Source: Trueperaceae bacterium (GTDB lineage: Bacteria > Deinococcota > Deinococci > Deinococcales > Trueperaceae). Taken from it: a stretch of 64,000 bases of DNA. Under the pieces are notes generated by a model that worked only from the letters and a program-made list of their open reading frames with translations, was not told the origin of the DNA and did no database searches. Both the position numbers and the translations under genes were made by a program. The first letter of the stretch is position 1; every line of letters starts with the position of its first letter. Shown here in pieces: positions 31,119 to 42,974 of this stretch. The stretch spans positions 224,001 to 288,000 of the forward strand of contig OZ243927.1 of NCBI GenBank assembly GCA_965213925.1, read 5' to 3'.

Positions 31119-31643
31119 CTAACCTCGCTCCCAGGGAGGACGCGCGACTAAAAGTCCGTGCAGACCGCGCAGCACCGCCCGCCGCTCCGGTGAAATGAGA
31201 CCTTCGCGGTCTAAGAGCGGATATAAGAGAATATCACGTCCTAAGCCAACGAGGTGTGAGCGTTGCAAGGTGGCGCTTAGCGGCACGTTTCTGGGCGGAT
31301 AGATAATCGCGTCGTTGATGTCGCGTGCGAGCGGCAGCGCGGTCGTCGCGGCGAGGACGAGGGCGCAGCCGAGCACGAAGCCGCCGACGCCGCCCGCGAG
31401 CGTGCGCAGGGGCGCGCGCAGCTTCGTTTGCGGCGGCAAGTAGCGGCTGCTAAAGCCCAGCGCTAAGCCAAACGCGAGCGCGAGAACGAGCCCGACGAAA
31501 GGGCTGAGTTGCGCGACGAGCAGCAGCGGCTTGAGCAGGAAAACCCCGCCTAAACCGACGAGCAAGCCGACGAGTTTGCGCTGCGCTGCGCAAACCGTCG
31601 TGGCGGCGACGACGAGAACGAGCGTGAGGTCAAGAGGGTTCAT
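31119..31643 (-). CDS. Membrane protein (weak CvpA-like)
   Basis: MNPLDL start, several TM helices and GGVGGFVLG motif. Confidence 0.55.
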   Translation of the reverse strand: MNPLDLTLVLVVAATTVCAAQRKLVGLLVGLGGVFLLKPLLLVAQLSPFVGLVLALAFGLALGFSSRYLPPQTKLRAPLRTLAGGVGGFVLGCALVLAATTALPLARDINDAIIYPPRNVPLSATLQRSHLVGLGRDILLYPLLDREGLISPERRAVLRGLHGLLVARPPWERG

Positions 31644-31776
31644 AGAAGGTCCGACGGGTTGATTCGCGCGAACCAACCCGTCCGAGCGTAGCGAGTGGGA
31701 CAAGAGGGGCGGATGGAGCGACGTGAGCGATTACCGAAGCTTGTTCTCGGTAGTCGGGAATAGAGCGGAATCCGTG

Positions 31777-35174
<3,398 letters not shown>

Positions 35175-35224
35175 TCAGCCTGCCTTTTGAAGTGCACCTT
35201 TTACCCGTGCGCCTTGCCGAAACC

Positions 35225-35356
35225 AAAAAAAACACCACCCAACTGGGGCAGCGTCAAGGTCGCGCAGATATAGAAATCCGCGCTATTTTGTAAAAGGCGA
35301 AGCTAAGTAGCCTCTCATATCACCAAAGTTTAGCGCGGCAGCGAAGGCGATGTCAA
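35225..35356 (-). promoter_or_regulatory. pheST promoter and attenuator-like leader
   Basis: TTGACA-18 bp-TAAACT, 11-codon ORF (35283-35318), hairpin, then CGCTGCCC/GGGTGGTG stem with a T8 tract. Confidence 0.55.
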
Positions 35357-35695
35357 TCTCGAGCCGCGCTAGGGAGGGTTAGGACGGCTCTAGGGACAAG
35401 AACCGCAAGGGGTTCGCCTGCGGCACCTAGCCTCTACATCCGCTTTCATTAAAAATATATGTGAGTTAGATAAAGCTAATTTTTCAAAATACTGATTCGA
35501 GTTACAATTTGCTGTCGAAGCATTTTGCAAATCGACTTGTAGGTTCCGCACAAATCAAGCGGCAAGAGTCGAAAGTGGCGTACTACACAGACGTCGGCTA
35601 TTTTACTCCCGCCACACCTCGCGTGTTGTATAGTGTAGAATAATTAAGGGAAGATTAAGACGTCAAGTTAAGGGGCAGTGAGAAGAGAGGGAGTT

Positions 35696-36619
35696 ATGCT
35701 CATCAACGCAGCGCCGCCAGTCAACCATTCACCGCCACCGAACCGTTTGGCGTGCGTGATTGATGAACCGCTGCTGGCGTGGCGCAGGCTCGAGACGACA
35801 CCCCTTAACGCCGCCTATTACCTCCTTCTAGCGGACGGACGAGAACAGGTTTTGTGGATCAACCAGCGCGACCAGGAGCCCAGGGTCGAGCGCTACGTCG
35901 CCGCAATCGACCTCTTGCCCAACCTCACGCCGCCTTTAGTTCGCGCGGACACGAGTGGCGAGCGGCTCGAGTACCCCTACCTCATCACCGAATACCTGCC
36001 CGAACCCACCTTAAAAGAGGCGTGGTCAAACCTAGATGCCGCGCAGAAGGAGCAAGCCGCACGTTCTTGGGGACACGCGCTTCGCCTCATCCACCGCGTC
36101 CGCTTCGAGTGGGCAGGCGATCTGGCGTACCCGGAAGCGCAGGGGCAACGTTTGGGTGACTATTTAGAGGCTTCGTGGCGGAACCTCTTGCCGAGTGTGT
36201 TAGATGATGGCGCAGTGGACGCCGCAGCCTTGATAGAGGTGCTGCAGCGCACACGCGCGCTGCTCGAGGACGCACCCGTCACCCTCTGCCACGGCAACGC
36301 CGCCGCTAAAAACGTTCTTTGGTCGGCGGAGCGCTCGCGCATCGTCGCCTCTGTAGACTTCAAGCGGGCTCAGCGCAGCGACCCGATGACCGACCTCGCC
36401 GCGCTCTGGGACGAGGTGCACACGCTTGGCTACGAAGACGCCTTTTTGAGAGGCTACGGCGCGCTCTCCCACTGGGAGAAGAGGCGCTTAGAGGTTTATA
36501 AGCTCCACCACGCCCTAGCGAGTTACGCGGACGCGCTCGCTTCGGACCCACGCCAAGTTGCGCGGTGGCGGCAGCGCCTAGCGGAAACGGTACAAGAGAC
36601 TGCGCTTCTCTCCTACTAA
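35696..36619 (+). CDS. Aminoglycoside phosphotransferase-like (APH/choline kinase fold) protein
   Basis: PYLITEYLP, LCHGN...KNVL and VDF...SDPMTDLA; the catalytic HGD appears as HGN. Confidence 0.7.
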   Translation: MLINAAPPVNHSPPPNRLACVIDEPLLAWRRLETTPLNAAYYLLLADGREQVLWINQRDQEPRVERYVAAIDLLPNLTPPLVRADTSGERLEYPYLITEYLPEPTLKEAWSNLDAAQKEQAARSWGHALRLIHRVRFEWAGDLAYPEAQGQRLGDYLEASWRNLLPSVLDDGAVDAAALIEVLQRTRALLEDAPVTLCHGNAAAKNVLWSAERSRIVASVDFKRAQRSDPMTDLAALWDEVHTLGYEDAFLRGYGALSHWEKRRLEVYKLHHALASYADALASDPRQVARWRQRLAETVQETALLSY

Positions 36620-36780
36620 CCGATCGATGAAGAATCTCGTTTAGCTACTGCCAAAACTCTGTGTGCGTCTCCCGCCTTTGGCAGAAGCCTTTCCGGGAAA
36701 CCATATGAGCTTGGCTTCGCTGAGACGGAAACTTCGTTAGCTTTTCACGTAAGGACCTGCGAAGCAGGCGCGCAGGTCCT

Positions 36781-36908
36781 TATACGGATTCCGGGTGAAT
36801 CCATTACAAAATGCATCCGCATTTTTCCGTTACTCACCGGAATCCGTAGCTGTTTCTACTCGCTACGCTCGGGTTAATTCTTTTAGGAATTAACCGGAAA
36901 GGGTATTA
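36781..36908. repeat. Deinococcus-style ATACGGATTCCG intergenic repeat element
   Basis: tacggattccgg...ccggaatccgta hairpin, ttctactcgctacgctcgggttaattc...gaattaaccggaaagggtat. Confidence 0.7.
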
Positions 36909-36971
36909 CTTCGTAGAGCTTCGCGCACCTCAGGGAGAACGTTCACTCTCAATCAGGCGAGAAGGCGGATA

Positions 36972-37078
36972 CAGAGATCCTTCACTTCACGGAGCCTGTC
37001 CTGTTCACGAAGTCGCTAGCGGGACGCGCCACGCGGACGCGTAGCCTTGCTTGCCGAAGAGTTCCGTTCAGAATGACA
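36972..37078. repeat. AGAT(C/T)CTT...CAGAATGACA-type REP-like element
   Basis: Shares agat.ctt..c.cacggagcctg.cctg...gttccg.tcagaatgaca with 51503-51559. Confidence 0.65.
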
Positions 37079-37143
37079 ACAGTGTTTGTATGTAACCGAA
37101 TAGAATAGGCAACTATCACCTCTCTGCATGATAGCGTGACCTC

Positions 37144-38232
37144 ATGATTCATCCCCTGCACGAAAAATACGCCAAACTTTTAGTCGAATACTGCACCAGC
37201 GTCCAAGAAGGCGAGAACGTCTCTGTCAACGTAGACACGCCCGCCGAGCCGATGGCGCGGGCTGTCGTCCGTGAAGTTTTACGCGCAGGCGGCAACCCCG
37301 TGCTGCACATGAACTACCCGGAGTTGACGGAGGACGTGCTCGAGCTTGCCCCCGACTCTTACTACGACGCCGAGCCGACCCTGGCGCTCAGTGAAATTAA
37401 ACAAATCGACGCCTTTATCCGCGTGGGCGCACCCATGAATAGCCGCGCTTTGCAAAACGCCGACAAAAGTAAGGTTTCCCGCCTGCAGAAGAAAAACCGC
37501 CCCGTCCAAAACATCCGCGTGCGCGAGACCAAGTGGTGCGGCACGCTCTACCCGACGCCTTCGGGCGCACAGGACGCGGGCATGAGCGTGTCCGAGTATG
37601 AAAACTTCGTCTACGGCGCGATGTTCTTATTCGACGACGACCCCGTCGCTAAGTGGAAGGAGATTCACGATTTCCAAGCGCACCTCATCGAGCATTTGAG
37701 CCGTGCCAAAGAGGTCCATATTAAAGCGGAAGGAACCGACCTCAAACTGAACGTGGGCGGACGCACTTGGATCAACAGCGATGGACACAAGAACATGCCC
37801 TCAGGCGAGGTCTTCACAGGTCCGATTGAGGACAGCGCGGACGGGCACATCACCTACACGGTCCCTAGCGCGGTGCGCGGCGTCGAAGTCGAGAATATCC
37901 GCGTGACCTTTGAAAACGGTAAAGCCGTGAAAGCCGAAGCGGAGAAGGGCGACGACCTCTTGCAGTCGCAGTTAGATACCGACGAAGGCGCACGCTTCTT
38001 GGGCGAACTCGGCATCGGCACGAACTACAACATCCAAATTCCGACCAAGAGCATCCTCTATGACGAGAAAATCGGTGGGACGGTGCACCTGGCGCTCGGG
38101 CAGTCGTATCAGGAGACGGGCGGGACGAACGAGTCGGCGATTCACTGGGATATGATTTGTGACCTTAGAAAAGGTGGGGTGATTTATTTGGATGGGGAGT
38201 TGTTTCAGGAGGATGGGGAGTTTAAGGTTTAG
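37144..38232 (+). CDS. Aminopeptidase, peptidase M29 (AmpT/AmpS-like)
   Basis: NMPSGEVFTGP, LGELGIG, LYDEKIGGTVHLALG and SAIHWDM. Confidence 0.92.
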   Translation: MIHPLHEKYAKLLVEYCTSVQEGENVSVNVDTPAEPMARAVVREVLRAGGNPVLHMNYPELTEDVLELAPDSYYDAEPTLALSEIKQIDAFIRVGAPMNSRALQNADKSKVSRLQKKNRPVQNIRVRETKWCGTLYPTPSGAQDAGMSVSEYENFVYGAMFLFDDDPVAKWKEIHDFQAHLIEHLSRAKEVHIKAEGTDLKLNVGGRTWINSDGHKNMPSGEVFTGPIEDSADGHITYTVPSAVRGVEVENIRVTFENGKAVKAEAEKGDDLLQSQLDTDEGARFLGELGIGTNYNIQIPTKSILYDEKIGGTVHLALGQSYQETGGTNESAIHWDMICDLRKGGVIYLDGELFQEDGEFKV

Positions 38233-38274
38233 GGTTTAGGAACTTGTTAGGAGGATAGGCGTTTGAGCAAGTGC

Positions 38275-38934
38275 ATGAAGCACCCTGTCATCACTAATCA
38301 GAAAATTGTGGATAAAGTTGTTTCGCGGCGCGGCAGGCTCCACGCTTTTGAAACTATTCGTCCGCGAAGCACGGCTTTAGTAGTTATTGACATGATGCGT
38401 GCTTCTACCGAGAACGATGCTTGGTGCCAAGCGATGATTCCTGGTATCAATCAGTTAGCACAAAGACTTCGCGATAAAGGGGGCGCGGTGGCGTGGGTGA
38501 CCGTTAGAAGCGATCAGGTTTGGAACAACCATGCTGCAGTCTTCGGTGAAGAGATAGCGCGAACCTTTCACGAAAGGGCGCAAGCCGACGACCCGCGTTC
38601 ACAGCTTCCCGAATCGCTTACTGTGTGCGACACAGATATCCATTCGGCCAAGCTAGGTTTTAGCGCTTTCTTTCCAGGGCGTTCAGATTTGCATGAACAG
38701 CTTGTAGAACGAGAGGTTGATACCGTACTCATCTGCGGCACAGTAACTAACATTTGTTGCGAATCATCTGCGCGTGATGCGGTGGAACTTGGCTACCGCG
38801 TCATCATGATCTCGGATTTGAACATAGGTCATGGACACGGTTTGCACGAAGCAGCGCTGACAACGTTTTATAGGACGTTTGGCGATGTGCGTCCCTCGCA
38901 AGAGGTCAGTCAGTTGCTCGAAAATGAGAGTTGA
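38275..38934 (+). CDS. Cysteine hydrolase (isochorismatase family)
   Basis: TALVVIDM, K..FSAFF and GTVTNICCESSARDA. Confidence 0.88.
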   Translation: MKHPVITNQKIVDKVVSRRGRLHAFETIRPRSTALVVIDMMRASTENDAWCQAMIPGINQLAQRLRDKGGAVAWVTVRSDQVWNNHAAVFGEEIARTFHERAQADDPRSQLPESLTVCDTDIHSAKLGFSAFFPGRSDLHEQLVEREVDTVLICGTVTNICCESSARDAVELGYRVIMISDLNIGHGHGLHEAALTTFYRTFGDVRPSQEVSQLLENES

Positions 38935-38937
38935 TAG

Positions 38938-38977
38938 TTAGGCTCGAGCCCCAACCCGCAACTCAGAAGCTCGAGCC
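38938..38977 (+). repeat. 40-bp cassette-boundary direct repeat, copy 1
   Basis: ttaggctcgagccccaacccgcaactcagaagctcgagcc. Confidence 0.7.
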
Positions 38978-39054
38978 CCATGCTAAACTAGACATCTGTA
39001 GAAGGTCCACCATCTACTGAGATAGGTGAGCGCAGATTTCACAGCTTTGCTGTA

Positions 39055-39133
39055 ACGGAACTTCATCTCTAAACGTGAGTGTCGGTTGGTGCTTCATGCG
39101 GTGAGAGTGTTCGCGACCAGATGATACCTGCTA
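39055..39133 (+). repeat. Copy of the ...TCATCTCTAAACGTG...ACCAGATGATACCTGCT element
   Basis: aacggaacttcatctctaaacgtgagtg...gtgcttcat...tgagagtgttcgcgaccagatgatacctgcta. Confidence 0.75.
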
Positions 39134-39152
39134 TACATGGAGGTCTAGCAAG

Positions 39153-39404
39153 ATGGCTTCAGAACAGCGAAAAGTTACCGTGACGCTGCCCGAGAGGTTG
39201 CTCGAGCGCCTCAACAACACCGTCCCCAACCGTCAGCGTAGCCTTTTTATTAGCGAAGCGATTGAGGAGCACCTTGACCTCATGGAGCAAGCGGCGGCGT
39301 TGGAGGAGTCAGCAGGCGCGTGGTCTTTGGAGAATCACCCGACAATGGAAGATGGCGAGGGGATAGACGCTTGGCTTAAAGCGTCTCGGCAAGGCTGGGG
39401 TTAG
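39153..39404 (+). CDS. Ribbon-helix-helix (CopG-like) antitoxin
   Basis: KVTVTLPERLLERL...RSLFISEAIEE; directly upstream of a PIN gene. Confidence 0.75.
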   Translation: MASEQRKVTVTLPERLLERLNNTVPNRQRSLFISEAIEEHLDLMEQAAALEESAGAWSLENHPTMEDGEGIDAWLKASRQGWG

Positions 39405-39407
39405 GCT

Positions 39408-39794
39408 TTGCGCCTACTACTCGACACGGGCTTACTCATCCGTCATCTGCGCGGGCAGAAAAGTACGGTGCAGCTTTTAAGAGGTTTGGCAAAAACGAAC
39501 CGCCTCTGTATCTCTACTGTGACGAGGCTCGAGGTAAGGGCAAGTGCGCGTCCAGATGAGCAAGCTGTTACACAAAGACTCCTTTCTCGCTTTGTGAACT
39601 TAGAGCTGGGCGCTTCGGTTGCCGATAGAGCGGGCGAACTTATCGCTCAAGGCAAGAGGTCAGATAAACCCATCCTTGTTCCTGACGCGATTATTGCGGC
39701 AACAGCGTTGGTTCACAACATTACGCTGGTTACGTTCAACGTTCAAGATTTTGAATACGTTGCGAACTTGAGTTTGCATCCACTCTCGAGTTGA
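39408..39794 (+). CDS. VapC-like PIN domain toxin
   Basis: LLDT, STVTRLEV, PDAIIAATAL and LVTFN..DF. Confidence 0.85.
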   Translation: MRLLLDTGLLIRHLRGQKSTVQLLRGLAKTNRLCISTVTRLEVRASARPDEQAVTQRLLSRFVNLELGASVADRAGELIAQGKRSDKPILVPDAIIAATALVHNITLVTFNVQDFEYVANLSLHPLSS

Positions 39795-39827
39795 GGTCCC
39801 CGCACACCGCTCTGCTAAACTACCTTT

Positions 39828-40064
39828 ATGAGCGAAGCCGAACTTCTCCAGCGCATCACCTTAGACCCCGATATATGTCACGGCAAACCTTGTATCAGGG
39901 GGCTCAGGTATCCGGTGGAGACAGTGCTCGAGCTGCTCTCGAGTGGGATGACCTTCGAAGAGGTTTTAGAGGACTACGAAGACCTAGAGCCTGAGGATTT
40001 GCAAGCCGCTTTAGCCTACGCAACGAGACTCAGCCGCATCAAGCGCATTCTTAGCGCCATTTGA
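39828..40064 (+). CDS. DUF433 antitoxin-like protein
   Basis: RITLDPDICHGKPCIRGLRYPV..LL..G....EVLEDY.DL..EDL.AAL.YA. Confidence 0.88.
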   Translation: MSEAELLQRITLDPDICHGKPCIRGLRYPVETVLELLSSGMTFEEVLEDYEDLEPEDLQAALAYATRLSRIKRILSAI

Positions 40065-40417
40065 CCCGCTACCTCATTGACGCTCAGTTGCCTCGGCGTC
40101 TAGCGAGGGTGCTTCAAGCTGCGGGCTGCGACGCTCTGCATACGCTCGATTTACCAAAAGGTAACGCGACGAAAGATACCGAGATTAACCGACTGTCCTT
40201 AGAAGGTCGGCGCGTTGTGGTGACGAAAGATGCAGACTTCACGCAGTCTTTTCTATTGCAAGGGCGTCCTTACAAACTTCTGCTTGTCAGTACGGGGAAC
40301 ATCAGTAATAAAGCGTTGATTGCGCTCTTCGAGCGGCGGCTGACACAGTTCGATACGCTATTCGCTGAGAGTGACTTTGTAGAGATAACGAGGGAGTTTC
40401 TCGTTGTGCATGGTTAG
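40061..40417 (+). CDS. DUF5615/Mut7-C PIN-like (VapC45-like) toxin
   Basis: LIDAQLPRRLA, D.EI and VVTKDADF; overlaps the DUF433 gene. Confidence 0.85.
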   Translation: MTRYLIDAQLPRRLARVLQAAGCDALHTLDLPKGNATKDTEINRLSLEGRRVVVTKDADFTQSFLLQGRPYKLLLVSTGNISNKALIALFERRLTQFDTLFAESDFVEITREFLVVHG

Positions 40418-40419
40418 CT

Positions 40420-40459
40420 TTAACTTAGAGTCCCAACCCGCAGCTTAGGAGCCCCTGCC
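40420..40459 (+). repeat. 40-bp cassette-boundary direct repeat, copy 2 (diverged)
   Basis: ttaacttagagtcccaacccgcagcttaggagcccctgcc. Confidence 0.55.
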
Positions 40460-40493
40460 TCAACAAATCCTCTATGCTGCTATACTTTTAACT

Positions 40494-40841
40494 ATGGCAG
40501 ACCCCCGCTTCGTCACCAACGCGCAGGGCGAGCGTGTCGGCGTCCTCTTGGACTTAGAAACTTATGAGCAGATGCTTACAGGCAAGGATAAGCTAGAAGA
40601 TGACCCGGAGGTCTTGGCGGGCGTAAGCGAGGTTGAGCTTACGGCTTTAGCCGAGAGTGAACTCGCGCCGAGTGCGCAGCGGCAGGTGCAGAGTTTGACG
40701 GAGAAAAGTAGTGAGCAGACTCTCTCTGCGGATGAAGCGGAGCATTTGGAGCGCCTCCTCGAGCAGATTGACTACCTCAACATCCTCAAGGCAAGGGCAC
40801 GCTATACCCTGCAAACTAAAGTACACACAGCACGTGAATGA
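40494..40841 (+). CDS. Small acidic protein, putative partner/antitoxin of the HNH nuclease
   Basis: FVTNAQGERVGVLLD...Y N-terminus; LSADE...LE.L...NILKARA C-terminus. Confidence 0.6.
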   Translation: MADPRFVTNAQGERVGVLLDLETYEQMLTGKDKLEDDPEVLAGVSEVELTALAESELAPSAQRQVQSLTEKSSEQTLSADEAEHLERLLEQIDYLNILKARARYTLQTKVHTARE

Positions 40842-40852
40842 GCACCCGTTGA

Positions 40853-41290
40853 ATGAGCGCCTACGTTCCGGCAGCCCTTCGCCGCCAAGTTCGCGAGCAC
40901 TTCAATAACTGCTGCGCGTACTGCCTTAGCGCTGAGCGTTTAACGGTTGTCACCTTTGAGATTGAGCACATCACGCCGCAAGTTGCTGGGGGCGAAACGC
41001 GCTTTGAAAATCTTTGTTTAGCGTGTCCGAGTTGTAACCGCCATAAGGGAGCGCGGCAGCAGGCGGTTGATCCGAAGACAAAACAAGAGGTCGCCCTCTA
41101 TCATCCGCACCGTGATGTTTGGAGTGCGCACTTCTCTTGGCTCAAGGATAACACGGTGCTAAAAGGGCTGACACCAAGAGGTCGCGCGACGATTCAGGCG
41201 CTCGAGATGAACCGCGCTCAATCGGTACGTGTAAGGCGGTTGTGGGTTAAGCTAGATGAGCATCCGCCTGACCTGCCAGAACGAAGCTGA
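40853..41290 (+). CDS. HNH endonuclease
   Basis: CAYC, EIEHITP..GGET..ENLCLACPSCNRHKG. Confidence 0.88.
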   Translation: MSAYVPAALRRQVREHFNNCCAYCLSAERLTVVTFEIEHITPQVAGGETRFENLCLACPSCNRHKGARQQAVDPKTKQEVALYHPHRDVWSAHFSWLKDNTVLKGLTPRGRATIQALEMNRAQSVRVRRLWVKLDEHPPDLPERS

Positions 41291-41313
41291 AACTCCTGAC
41301 TGATTCTAATGTT

Positions 41314-41353
41314 TTAGCCTCGAGCCCCACCCCTCAACTCAGGAACTCGAGCC
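41314..41353 (+). repeat. 40-bp cassette-boundary direct repeat, copy 3
   Basis: ttagcctcgagccccacccctcaactcaggaactcgagcc. Confidence 0.7.
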
Positions 41354-41386
41354 TTACACTAACCTCTTGACGCTCGAGCTAAAAGC

Positions 41387-41614
41387 TCAGCGTAGCTTCT
41401 CATCGCCAAAAAAAGCGCGCATCGCCTCCTCTGCTTCCTCGTCGCTCAGTCTAGCTTTGTGAAGTCCGAGGGGGCGCGTTTCCGTGCCCGTGGTGGCGGG
41501 CTCGAGCCTCACCAGCGCCTTGCCGTCTTTAGTCAGCACCACCTCATCACCTGCTAACGCTTGTTCGACAAGGTTGTCGAGGTTCGTTTTCGCTTCGCGA
41601 ATGTCAATCTTCAT
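41387..41614 (-). CDS. Phd/YefM family antitoxin, orphan
   Basis: IREAKTNL..LVEQA.AGDEVVLTKDGK..VRL; no toxin gene follows. Confidence 0.8.
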   Translation of the reverse strand: MKIDIREAKTNLDNLVEQALAGDEVVLTKDGKALVRLEPATTGTETRPLGLHKARLSDEEAEEAMRAFFGDEKLR

Positions 41615-41723
41615 TTTTCCTCCTTAGCTAGGTTCGGTGCAGACCACCCGAAGAGGTGGCTCGTCCGTAAAATTTAATACTTCCGCCCCAAGCTCACCTC
41701 TTGAAGCAGGTACACTAACCCAC

Positions 41724-42974
41724 GTGACTGTTATCCAAGCTGCCGCCGTACTTATAACCCTAACCGCCGTATTGGGCTACGTCAACGAACGCTTCATCAA
41801 GCTCCCCACCCCCATCGGCGTGATGCTAACCGCTTTAGCCCTCTCGCTCGGGCTGCTCATCTTCGGTACGCAAGAGGTCAGCCAGTGGGCGCAGACGTTT
41901 CTGGACAACCTCAACTTCAACAGCTTAGTAATGGACGGGCTGCTGAGCTTCCTGCTCTTCGCAGGGGCACTGACGGTGAATCTGGATGACCTTAATGAGC
42001 AAAAGTGGCCCGTCCTGACACTCGCGACGGTGGGCATCTTGGTATCAACTTTTTTAGTCGGCACGCTCACCTACTACGCGCTGATGCTCTTCGGTCTGAA
42101 CCTCCCGTACATCTACGCCCTCCTCTTCGGCGCACTCATCTCACCGACAGACCCGATTGCGGTTTTGGGCATCTTGAAAAAGCTGAGCGTGCCCAAACGA
42201 ATTGAGACGCTCATCACGGGTGAGTCGCTTTTTAATGACGGCGTGGGCGTCGTCGTTTTTAGCGTGCTGCTGAGCTTTGTTGAAGAGGGTCAAGCGCAAC
42301 CTAGCGTGGGCGGCGTCGCGCTGCTTTTTGCAGAAGAGGCGATAGGCGGCATCCTCTTTGGACTGGTGCTCGGCTATATCACCTACAAACTCTTGAAGAG
42401 AGTCAATAACTACAGCGTCGAGGTGCTCCTCACTTTAGCGGCGGTGATGGGCGGCTATACCTTAGCACAAGTGATTCATACCTCAGGACCATTAGCAATG
42501 GTCGTGGTTGGACTCTTTATCGGCAACCGGGGGCGGCTCTTTGCGATGTCGGAGACGACTCGAGAACACCTCGATACCTTTTGGGAGATGGTGGATGAGG
42601 TCTTGAACGCGGTGCTCTTTGCGCTCATCGGGTTGGAGCTTTTAGCGGTGCGTTTTAGCGGACTCAACCTCGCGGCGGCGCTCGTCGCGGTGCCTATCGC
42701 GCTGCTGTCGCGCACCGTCAGCGTCGGCGGACCGATGAACCTCTTTCGGCTGCGGCAAAACTACTCCTCTTACACGATTCGGATGATGGTCTGGGGCGGG
42801 CTCAAAGGGGGGATTTCGATTGCGCTCGCCCTCTCGTTACCTGAGGGAGACGAGCGCAGTCTGATTGAGGTGATGACTTACGGCGTTGTCGTTTTCACGA
42901 TTTTGGTGCAAGGCTTAACAGTAGAACGAGTGGCGAAACGGATGATTGAGAAAGCAGAGGAGGCGGACGCTTAG
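41724..42974 (+). CDS. CPA1 family Na+/H+ antiporter (NhaP-like)
   Basis: LISPTDPIAV, GESLFNDG and WGGLKGGISIALAL; GTG start estimated. Confidence 0.9.
   Translation: MTVIQAAAVLITLTAVLGYVNERFIKLPTPIGVMLTALALSLGLLIFGTQEVSQWAQTFLDNLNFNSLVMDGLLSFLLFAGALTVNLDDLNEQKWPVLTLATVGILVSTFLVGTLTYYALMLFGLNLPYIYALLFGALISPTDPIAVLGILKKLSVPKRIETLITGESLFNDGVGVVVFSVLLSFVEEGQAQPSVGGVALLFAEEAIGGILFGLVLGYITYKLLKRVNNYSVEVLLTLAAVMGGYTLAQVIHTSGPLAMVVVGLFIGNRGRLFAMSETTREHLDTFWEMVDEVLNAVLFALIGLELLAVRFSGLNLAAALVAVPIALLSRTVSVGGPMNLFRLRQNYSSYTIRMMVWGGLKGGISIALALSLPEGDERSLIEVMTYGVVVFTILVQGLTVERVAKRMIEKAEEADA

Noticed and set aside
38938..41353. 40-bp repeats as a CRISPR array or integron attC sites
   Set aside because: Spacing is gene-sized and irregular; no RYYYAAC/GTTRRRY boxes and no IntI gene
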